DNA of 64,000 nt, taken from the NCBI GenBank assembly GCA_050298055.1, contig JBNKTL010000013.1, positions 30,447 to 94,446 on the forward strand, in the 5' to 3' direction. Both the position numbers and the translations under genes were made by a program. A model generated the notes under the pieces. That model was given only the letters and a program-made list of their open reading frames with translations. It did no database searches and was not told where the DNA came from. The DNA is from Spirochaetota bacterium. Lineage in GTDB: Bacteria > Spirochaetota > UBA4802 > UBA5550. This document shows, piece by piece, positions 56,513 to 64,000 of the stretch; position 1 is the first letter of the stretch; each line of letters starts with the position of its first letter.

Positions 56513-57262
56513 TTACTTTTCTTTTTCCAGTCTCTCAATATTTTTTAGTATTATCTCATTCTTGCTGTTCAGTTCAAGGGCCTCCCTGTAGTATTTCAGG
56601 GCTTTCTTTTTCTTCCCCATGAGTTCGTATGTCAGTGCCAGGTTATTGAGGGTCTCAGGGACATCTTCCCTGATGGCGCTTGCCGCGGAAAATGCCGTAT
56701 TTGCCTGGCTGTATTTTTTCAGTTTGAGAAGGGCAATCCCCAGGTAATGGTAGGAGATAAAATTCTCAGGATCAAGGGAATTGGCCATTTCAAAAAATTG
56801 TTTTGCCCTCCAGTAGTTTCTTATCATAATTGAGGACCTTCCCAGGATAAAGTAGAGCATCGCATCCTTTTTTATACCGAGCCCTTTCCGGGCGATCCTT
56901 TCGGCATGTCCGGTTTGTCCGTTTTCCAGAAGCATCAGGGAGAGATCAATATAGGGATCGACCCTGGTCTTCTCTATCTCCATGCATCTTCTGAAATGTG
57001 AAATAGCAGACTCCACATTGCCCAGTTTCCAGTGGTTATGGGCTGCGAGAAACCTGATTTTGTAGTTTGGCGAACCGGTTTTCATGTCATCTTCAACAAC
57101 CAGGAGATTTGCGCATTCCTTCAGGGATTCACTGTACTTCTTTTCGTTGAAAAGCCTGAGTGCGTCATCATACGATGCGTATGCTCCCTTCACTGTAAAA
57201 AGAAAAATCAATAACAGCGCACTCGTTTGAAAAAATCTGCCCTGTCCCGTATCACGTTTCAT
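56513..57262 (-). CDS. Exported TPR protein
   Basis: Signal peptide AYA; multiple TPR units (YLGIALLKLKKYSQA, NNLALTYELMG). Confidence 0.87.
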   Translation of the reverse strand: MKRDTGQGRFFQTSALLLIFLFTVKGAYASYDDALRLFNEKKYSESLKECANLLVVEDDMKTGSPNYKIRFLAAHNHWKLGNVESAISHFRRCMEIEKTRVDPYIDLSLMLLENGQTGHAERIARKGLGIKKDAMLYFILGRSSIMIRNYWRAKQFFEMANSLDPENFISYHYLGIALLKLKKYSQANTAFSAASAIREDVPETLNNLALTYELMGKKKKALKYYREALELNSKNEIILKNIERLEKEK

Positions 57263-57281
57263 AGTACTCTTCCCTGTCTCT

Positions 57282-59996
57282 CTATTTTTTATTGTTGATG
57301 GAAGCCTGAGCGGCAGCCAGCCGCGCGATGGGGACCCTGAAAGGGGAACAGCTCACATAATCAAAACCTGCGAGATGACAGAACTCGATTGAACTGGGCT
57401 CTCCTCCATGCTCACCGCAAATGCCGATTTTCAAGTCTCCTTTAACTCCTCTTCCTTTTTCAACACCGATCTTGATAAGCTGTCCCACACCATCCCTGTC
57501 AATAGCACTGAAAGGATCGCCGGGAAGGATCTTCTTGTCAATATACTCCGGCAGAAAAGACCCTGAGTCGTCCCTGCTGTAGCCGAAAGTCATCTGGGTC
57601 AGGTCATTGGTCCCGAATGAAAAGAACTCCGCTTCACCGGCAATCTCGTCCGCGGTGAGCGCGGCCCGGGGGATCTCGATCATTGTGCCCACCAGGTAAT
57701 CGATCTCAACTCCCTTCTCCTTCATAACCTCTGCCGCAGTCCTGACAATTATCTCCTTCTGGATCTTCAGTTCTTTGACTGTGCCAACAAGGGGAACCAT
57801 GACCTCCGGTTTCACATCCACCCCTTCGCTCTTCAGCTGGCACGCGGCTTCAAAAATTGCCCTGGCCTGCATCTCCGTTATCTCGGGATATGTGATACCC
57901 AGCCTGCATCCCCTGTGTCCCAGCATGGGATTGAATTCATGGAGGGACTCAACCTTGGCCTTAACATCCTCAAGGGAGATCCCCAGTTCACTGGCCATCT
58001 CCTTCTGGTTTTCATCTTCATGGGGAACAAATTCATGGAGGGGGGGATCCAGAAGCCTTATGGTAACGCCATAACCTTCCATGGCCTTCAGAATCCCGGT
58101 GAAATCCTCCCTCTGCATGGGAAGTATCTTTTTCAGGGCTTTTTCCCTCCCTTCTTTTGTGTCAGAGAGGATCATCTCCCTCACAGCCTTGATCCTTTCA
58201 CCCTCAAAGAACATATGCTCGGTCCTGCAGAGCCCTATACCCTGGGCCCCGAAATCCCTGGCCGCCCTGGCATCGTGAGGCGTATCGGCGTTAGTCCTGA
58301 TTCCCAGACCTTTGGCCTGGTCCGCCCACTCCATTATAGTCCCAAAATTCCCGGAGAGCTTTGCCTCAATGGTCCTGACCTCACCCCGCATCACCTCGCC
58401 GGTTGAACCGTCAAGGGAGACATAGTCCCCTTCCTTTATAAGAATATCTCCAACCTTCAGGGTCTTTTGAGAGTAATCAATCTCAATGGAGCCGCATCCT
58501 GATACGCAGCACTTTCCCATCCCCCGTGCGACCACAGCGGCATGGGACGTCATACCGCCCCTCTGGGTAAGGATACCCTTTGAAGCTGACATTCCCTTCA
58601 GGTCCTCCGGAGAGGTCTCTATCCTTATAAGTATGACACTTTCGCCCCTGCTGTTCCATTCGTCAGCGTCATCGGCATTGAAAACAGCTTTTCCCGTGGC
58701 CGCTCCCGGAGAAGCAGGGAGCCCCTTGGCTATGACATCTTTTGAAGCATCGGGATCGAATGTAGGATGAAGCAGCTGGTCGAGAGACTCCGGCTCAATC
58801 CGGGAAAGGGCTGTTTCCCTCTCTATAAGACCTTCCTCTACCATCTCAACCGCGATCCTCACGGCCGCGGCCGCGGTCCGCTTTCCTGTCCGGGTCTGGA
58901 GCATCCAGAGTTTATTGTCCTGGATAGTAAATTCTATGTCCTGCATATCCCTGTAATGCTCTTCGAGCCTTTTGTAGGTATCCACAAGGTCTTTATAAAC
59001 ACCGGGCATATACTCCTCGAGAGAGGGGAATTTTTTCTTCCTCTCGTCCTCGGAAACACCGTTCTCGGAAGCCCATTTTTTTGAACCTTCCAGGGTAACC
59101 TGCTGGGGTGTCCTGATCCCCGCCACAACGTCCTCGCCCTGCGCGTTAACAAGGTATTCTCCATAGAAAATCTTCTCGCCGGTTGAAGGGTCCCGGGTAA
59201 AGGCAACACCGGTTGAACATGTTTCCCCCATGTTCCCGAAAACCATTGCCTGGACATTAACGGCCGTGCCCCATGAATCATCAATACCATTCATCTTTCT
59301 GTAGAGGATAGCCCTCTCATTGTCCCATGAACCGAAAACAGCGCCAATGGCCCCCCAGAGCTGTTCCCATGGATCTGTTGGAAATTCAACACCCAGTTTC
59401 TCTTTTATGATATTTTTAAACCTCTGTACAAGTTCTTTGAGATCATCAACAGTAAGCTCAAGGTCCTCTTTCACCCCTTTCTCTTCCTTGAGCCCGTCCA
59501 TTATCTCCTCGAACGGATCAATATCCTCCTTGTTTTCCGGTTTCATTCCCAGTACAACATCACCGTACATCTGTACAAATCTTCTGTATGAATCCCATCC
59601 GAACCTTTCGTTATTTGACTTCCTGATAATACCCTTAACCGTCTCATCATTCAGCCCGAGGTTAAGAACAGTGTCCATCATACCCGGCATGGAGACCCTG
59701 GCACCGGACCTTACGGAAAGAAGTAACGGGTTATCCAGATCACCAAAGGTGGCATTCATTATCTTTTCAACTTTTTTCAGTGATTCCTTAACTTCTTTAT
59801 GGAGATCTTTCGGGAACTCTTTGTTGTTATCATAATACTCAGTGCAGACATCTGTCCCTATTGTAAAGCCCGCAGGGACGGAAATACCGAGATTTGACAT
59901 CTCAGCAAGATTTGCTCCCTTGCCTCCAAGGAGGTTTTTCATTCCAGCATTCCCGTCGGCTTTTCCTCCGCCAAAACTATAAACTCTCTTTTTCAT
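57282..59996 (-). CDS. ppdK: Pyruvate, phosphate dikinase
   Basis: [30 protein letters not shown] (phospho-His), [15 protein letters not shown]. Confidence 0.98.
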   Translation of the reverse strand: MKKRVYSFGGGKADGNAGMKNLLGGKGANLAEMSNLGISVPAGFTIGTDVCTEYYDNNKEFPKDLHKEVKESLKKVEKIMNATFGDLDNPLLLSVRSGARVSMPGMMDTVLNLGLNDETVKGIIRKSNNERFGWDSYRRFVQMYGDVVLGMKPENKEDIDPFEEIMDGLKEEKGVKEDLELTVDDLKELVQRFKNIIKEKLGVEFPTDPWEQLWGAIGAVFGSWDNERAILYRKMNGIDDSWGTAVNVQAMVFGNMGETCSTGVAFTRDPSTGEKIFYGEYLVNAQGEDVVAGIRTPQQVTLEGSKKWASENGVSEDERKKKFPSLEEYMPGVYKDLVDTYKRLEEHYRDMQDIEFTIQDNKLWMLQTRTGKRTAAAAVRIAVEMVEEGLIERETALSRIEPESLDQLLHPTFDPDASKDVIAKGLPASPGAATGKAVFNADDADEWNSRGESVILIRIETSPEDLKGMSASKGILTQRGGMTSHAAVVARGMGKCCVSGCGSIEIDYSQKTLKVGDILIKEGDYVSLDGSTGEVMRGEVRTIEAKLSGNFGTIMEWADQAKGLGIRTNADTPHDARAARDFGAQGIGLCRTEHMFFEGERIKAVREMILSDTKEGREKALKKILPMQREDFTGILKAMEGYGVTIRLLDPPLHEFVPHEDENQKEMASELGISLEDVKAKVESLHEFNPMLGHRGCRLGITYPEITEMQARAIFEAACQLKSEGVDVKPEVMVPLVGTVKELKIQKEIIVRTAAEVMKEKGVEIDYLVGTMIEIPRAALTADEIAGEAEFFSFGTNDLTQMTFGYSRDDSGSFLPEYIDKKILPGDPFSAIDRDGVGQLIKIGVEKGRGVKGDLKIGICGEHGGEPSSIEFCHLAGFDYVSCSPFRVPIARLAAAQASINNKK

Positions 59997-60215
59997 CTAA
60001 GCACCTCTGTGAAAATATGATTCAATAATCCAGATAAATTTATATCTTTTTGCCGGATCTGATAATTCGGCAGTATATGTTTATGAATGAAAACCCATCC
60101 GAAGATGATTGAGCATAGAAGTTTAATAAACTCTCTCTTTCTCTATACAATTTTTATAAAAATATCTTACTGTGTAAATAAAAATTTAACCGGAATGTAA
60201 TTTTAAATTAAAAAA

Positions 60216-60358
60216 GTAACTACTCAAGCTCAGTATAAAAAATGGCATGTTAAAAAATTAAACATAACCGATATATCCCCGCCGCCTTGGGCGGCGGGGA
60301 CATATTTTTAATATTTTAATACAGAAGTTATATTGGACAGAGAGCTAAGTCGCTGAAT
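60216..60358. mobile_element. TIR + GC-hairpin miniature element, family 4, copy H (right end uncertain)
   Basis: GTAACTACTCAAGCTCAGTAT ... ATATCCCCGCCGCC-ttg-GGCGGCGGGGACAT. Confidence 0.72.
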
Positions 60359-60518
60359 GAAAAATTGTCACTCTGATGAAAATGTAATTTACTTTAATTA
60401 AAAAATAATATTAAATGACATTATTGTCATTTGGTACATATATATGGTCTATCTTTCAACTGAGACCATAATCAGAAAATTGTATCGATTAATGTGAAAT
60501 AATACAATTATTGACAAC

Positions 60519-61604
60519 ATGATAAAGATAAATAATACCCACAACATGGAAAAAGAACCGGAAGTCACCAGTGAAGAGCTTGAAAGGAAAATCTATGACC
60601 TGAAAAACCTGATCGGTCTGGGGATCAGTCTCTCTTCCAACCTCGAATTTGACAGCCTTGTTGAATCAATCCTCTATAGCTGCATCGGGCAGATGATAGT
60701 TGACAAAGTTGCCATATTCCTCCTTGGTGATCTCGATGATGATAACATCACGCTTCATATGATGAAGGGCTACGAGATGGAAATTAATCCGGGTAAATAT
60801 AAAATAAACGAACATTCAAATCTCTATAAATACCTTAAAGACAATATCGATCCCGTTGAATTTGAAATACTCTCCAACCTTCCTGAACTGAGGAAAGACC
60901 TGGAAATCTTCAAACCGTTTTCACCGAAACTTATTATACCCATGAAATCAAAGAACTTTCTCAACGGTCTGATTTTGCTGAGCAAGAAGATGAACAGCTC
61001 ACAGTATACAATGAACGATAAGGAATTCATGCGCGACCTGGCAAAGTTCGCGGCAATTGCCGTTGAGAATTCACATCTCTACCAGATGGCCACAATGGAC
61101 AGGATGACCAAGCTCTATATCCACCACTACTTTCAGGAGAGACTGAACGAGGAACTGAAAAGAAGTTCACGGGACAGCACTCCTATCTGCCTGATCATGG
61201 CCGATATTGACCACTTTAAGTCCTTTAACGACAGTTATGGCCACCAGCAGGGAGATAGCGTTTTAAAGGAAACAGCGCTTCTTTTCAAAAAACATACACG
61301 AAACATCGACATAACCTCACGGTACGGAGGGGAAGAGTTTACCGTTATCCTCCCGCGAACTGAACTGAGAGACGCCGTCCATGTTGCGGAAAGGCTCAGG
61401 AAGGGGATTGAAGAGCACGAATTTCCTGGACAGGATGACCCTCTGCATGTAACTATCAGCCTTGGCGTTGTCCAGTATGATCCTGAAATTGATAAAAGTA
61501 AAAAAGATCTCATTGAAAGAGCCGATAAAGCCTTATACACTGCAAAAAAAGAAGGAAGAAACAGGGTCATTTCTTTCAAAGGAAAGGGACCGGGGACAAA
61601 ATAG
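60519..61604 (+). CDS. GAF-domain diguanylate cyclase
   Basis: GAF (AAIAVENSHLY), DIDHFK, I-site RNID, RYGGEEF; start may be ATG 60546. Confidence 0.93.
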   Translation: MIKINNTHNMEKEPEVTSEELERKIYDLKNLIGLGISLSSNLEFDSLVESILYSCIGQMIVDKVAIFLLGDLDDDNITLHMMKGYEMEINPGKYKINEHSNLYKYLKDNIDPVEFEILSNLPELRKDLEIFKPFSPKLIIPMKSKNFLNGLILLSKKMNSSQYTMNDKEFMRDLAKFAAIAVENSHLYQMATMDRMTKLYIHHYFQERLNEELKRSSRDSTPICLIMADIDHFKSFNDSYGHQQGDSVLKETALLFKKHTRNIDITSRYGGEEFTVILPRTELRDAVHVAERLRKGIEEHEFPGQDDPLHVTISLGVVQYDPEIDKSKKDLIERADKALYTAKKEGRNRVISFKGKGPGTK

Positions 61605-61607
61605 AAT

Positions 61608-62444
61608 ATGCCGGGAAAAGGGAAAATAGTTACAGATAAATTCCATACAGCATTAAAATTCGAACAGGAAGGAAAGTTCAGGGAAGCAATGGATATCTAT
61701 ATCTCCATTGTCAGGGAAGATCCTGACTGCAGGGAAGCGTATATAAACCTCGGTTCACTCTTTTCCCGGATGAACAGGTTTGATGATGCCATGGCTTTCT
61801 ACCAGAGAGCCATGAAAATCAGGAGTGATTATATAACACTTTTTAATATTGGCTGTATTTTTTATAAGATGAACAAGTACAAAAAGGCTGTTATCAGCCT
61901 GGAAAAATCCAGGTCTTTGAAGAGTAATTTTAACCTCTCATCACTGGTTATAGGACTCTGCTACAGCCGAATGGACAACCATAAAGCCGCAGAAACCAAC
62001 TTTATCAATGTGTTGAAGATCACTCCCGATAACAGGGTGGCCCTCACGGCACTGGCAATTCTCTACTACAATCAGAATAAACTTGATAAATCACTCTTCA
62101 TAATCAACAGGCTTATCAAACAGGATAGGAGCAATATAAAGATTAAGGAACTGAAATCCAATATTCTTTACAAGAAAGGCAGGTTCGATGAATCCATAGA
62201 GGAAATAAAATCAGTTAAGAAAATATCTGACGGGTACCGGTTCTACGATGAATTCATCAAGTCTGTTCCGGTTGAAACATATACGGACAAATATGGAACA
62301 ATAAACGAAAAGATAGACTTTCTCAGAGAAAATGGTTCAAGCGATAAAAACAGTCTCATGTCCCTGAGTCTCTGTTACCTCTTAAAGGGAGAAACCGATC
62401 TTGCCCTTGATTACCTCTTTAAAGTAAAAAAACAGTTTAAATAA
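61608..62444 (+). CDS. TPR protein
   Basis: AYINLGSLF, LFNIGCIFY, VIGLCY, LTALAILY repeats. Confidence 0.88.
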   Translation: MPGKGKIVTDKFHTALKFEQEGKFREAMDIYISIVREDPDCREAYINLGSLFSRMNRFDDAMAFYQRAMKIRSDYITLFNIGCIFYKMNKYKKAVISLEKSRSLKSNFNLSSLVIGLCYSRMDNHKAAETNFINVLKITPDNRVALTALAILYYNQNKLDKSLFIINRLIKQDRSNIKIKELKSNILYKKGRFDESIEEIKSVKKISDGYRFYDEFIKSVPVETYTDKYGTINEKIDFLRENGSSDKNSLMSLSLCYLLKGETDLALDYLFKVKKQFK

Positions 62445-62569
62445 CTGGTCAAGCTTAGTATGAGAATATTTAATTTAATGTAACGACTCAGTTATATGAT
62501 TATAATCAACTTATTTACTCATAATATCAACAATATGTTCCCGCCCAGGGCGGGGACATATCAGTTATC
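62441..62569. mobile_element. Family 4 element, copy I (two left-TIR-like motifs, shortened hairpin)
   Basis: ATAACTGGTCAAGCTTAGTA, GTAACGACTCAGTTAT, ATATGTTCCCGCC-cag-GGCGGGGACATAT. Confidence 0.68.
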
Positions 62570-62643
62570 TTTTTAATAAAGATGTGATTATTCTTGTATA
62601 TATCTGAATAAATACAATAATTGACTTTACAGGAGTATCTGAA

Positions 62644-63468
62644 ATGCCTTTAATTACCATTGATGAAAACAGGTGTACAAACTGCGGCGGCTGTGTGGAT
62701 GAATGTCCCACAAGAATTATTATCTTTGAGGAGGAAGGCTCCACACCTGTTTCAGTGAAGAACAATGAGCCTCTCTGTATAAACTGCTGGCACTGCGTAT
62801 CGGTCTGCCCGGTCGACGCCCTTGAACACAGCAGGATGTCCCCCGGTTCATGCCCCCCTGTTGAAAAGGACATGGTCATAAGCAGTGAACAGGCAGAACA
62901 GTTCCTCAGATCCAGGCGCTCCATAAGGAAATACAGCGAAAAGCCGGTGGATAAGGATATTTTGAGTAAGCTGATAAAAACCGCCCGTTTCGCTCCTACC
63001 GGTCACAACAACCAGAATTTAAAATGGCTTGTCATCCATGACAGAACCAGGCTTGATAAGCTGGAAGATATGGTTATAGACTGGATGAGTTATATGATAA
63101 AGGAGATGCCTGATATGGCAAAGACCTGGAACATGGATGCCATTGTAGCAGCCCATAAGCTCGGTATAAGAACAATCTGCAGGGGAGCGCCTCATCTTAT
63201 CATAGCTTATGGGATAAAGGGTGACGCCACTGCACAGACGAACTCCACTATTGCCATGAGCTACCTGGAACTTGCGGCTGTTTCCCTGAAACTGGGTACC
63301 TGCTGGGCCGGTTTTTTTAATATAGCATCACAGCACTGGCCGCCCTTACAGGAAGCAGTGGAACTCCCGGAAAATCACGCTGTCTGTTCATCAATGATGG
63401 TGGGATACCCGGTACACACCTACAGCAGGCTTGCTCCGAGAAATGTGCCTGATATTAAATTTGTATGA
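62644..63468 (+). CDS. Nitroreductase with N-terminal 2x[4Fe-4S] ferredoxin domain
   Basis: CTNCGGCVDECP, CINCWHCVSVCP, RRSIRKY, APTGHN.Q, LGTCWAG. Confidence 0.93.
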   Translation: MPLITIDENRCTNCGGCVDECPTRIIIFEEEGSTPVSVKNNEPLCINCWHCVSVCPVDALEHSRMSPGSCPPVEKDMVISSEQAEQFLRSRRSIRKYSEKPVDKDILSKLIKTARFAPTGHNNQNLKWLVIHDRTRLDKLEDMVIDWMSYMIKEMPDMAKTWNMDAIVAAHKLGIRTICRGAPHLIIAYGIKGDATAQTNSTIAMSYLELAAVSLKLGTCWAGFFNIASQHWPPLQEAVELPENHAVCSSMMVGYPVHTYSRLAPRNVPDIKFV

Positions 63469-63471
63469 TCT

Positions 63472-63561
63472 ATGACTACTCAGCTAAATAAAAATTACCT
63501 TATTTGCTTAAATATTAACAAGCTGTCTCCGTCGCCCATGTCGGCGGGGACATTGAGTAAT
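63472..63561. mobile_element. Family 4 element, copy J (degenerate)
   Basis: ATGACTACTCAGCT ... TGTCTCCGTCGCC-cat-GTCGGCGGGGACA-TTGAGTAA. Confidence 0.65.
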
Positions 63562-63634
63562 TTAAAAAAAATTTAAAAATTATTTGACAAAAATTACTCT
63601 TAATTTCTTATGTACATAAATACAGGATAATTTT

Positions 63635-63752
<118 letters not shown>

Positions 63753-63768
63753 TCAGCAATTATAGATT

Positions 63769-63798
63769 AAAAGGCATCCCTCAAGGGATGCCTTTTTT
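63769..63798 (+). terminator. Intrinsic terminator after rrf
   Basis: AAAAGGCATCCC-tcaa-GGGATGCCTTTTTT. Confidence 0.9.
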
Positions 63799-64000
63799 AT
63801 TTACATTTCTTATTGTCCAAAAGTCAATTCCCTGCTTTCCGGGTTTTGAACGGTACCTTCATTTTTTCTCCCGGCTCAGGTAATAGTTTTTTTGAAAAAA
63901 GACTTGTTTCTTCAGGGAAAAAGCAAAAAAAAGAGGATGTCCCTCTCGGAACACCCTCTCTCTATTCAAAAATCTGTTCTTTTCGCTACTTGATTTCCGC

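Noticed and set aside
51698..59835. Long antisense ORFs over aroC, ppdK and other genes (e.g. 51698-52426, 57915-58406, 59320-59835)
   Set aside because: Shadow frames of well-supported opposite-strand genes, with no recognisable motifs
26565..63561. GC hairpins as simple rho-independent terminators
   Set aside because: They lack U-tracts, share one stem sequence, and sit inside TIR-bounded units, including between divergent genes
63924..64000. Minus-strand terminator-like hairpin and possible gene end at the window edge
   Set aside because: Imperfect stem and too little sequence to identify the associated gene

Overview
Gene-dense bacterial chromosomal segment, probably from an anaerobic diderm. 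My tentative guess is a Spirochaetota/Leptospira-related lineage, inferred from the unlinked 5S rRNA, many lipoproteins and cNMP-GGDEF pairs; this is not verifiable here. Housekeeping content: rnhA, pcrA/uvrD, carD, PIN-TRAM, PBP1A, htrA, dtd, trxA, trpB2/trpR, tmRNA, ogt, ribF, aroC, ppdK and a solitary 5S rRNA. Notable points: (1) a cobalamin-riboswitch-led run of ten same-strand genes couples ExbBD-TonB and a Btu-type ABC importer to a membrane 4Fe-4S protein, a double-cubane-like reductase and its ATP-dependent activase, with nikR downstream; (2) a REP-associated tyrosine transposase has palindromes that supply the C-terminus and stop codon of two genes; (3) at least six distinct small repeat families fill the intergenic spaces, including about 10 copies of a TIR+GC-hairpin element; (4) a 1109-aa discoidin protein carries 16 phage-tail-fibre-like 32-aa repeats outside any prophage; (5) several proteins look like pseudo-enzymes (ACT-malic-enzyme, Mre11/Rad50-like pair, GGDEF); (6) there is an SGNH-MBOAT O-acetyltransferase fusion and a lone AT-rich ABC-ATPase/TOPRIM (OLD-like) gene. 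No CRISPR array or prophage is evident. All calls are by eye from motifs; no database searches were run.
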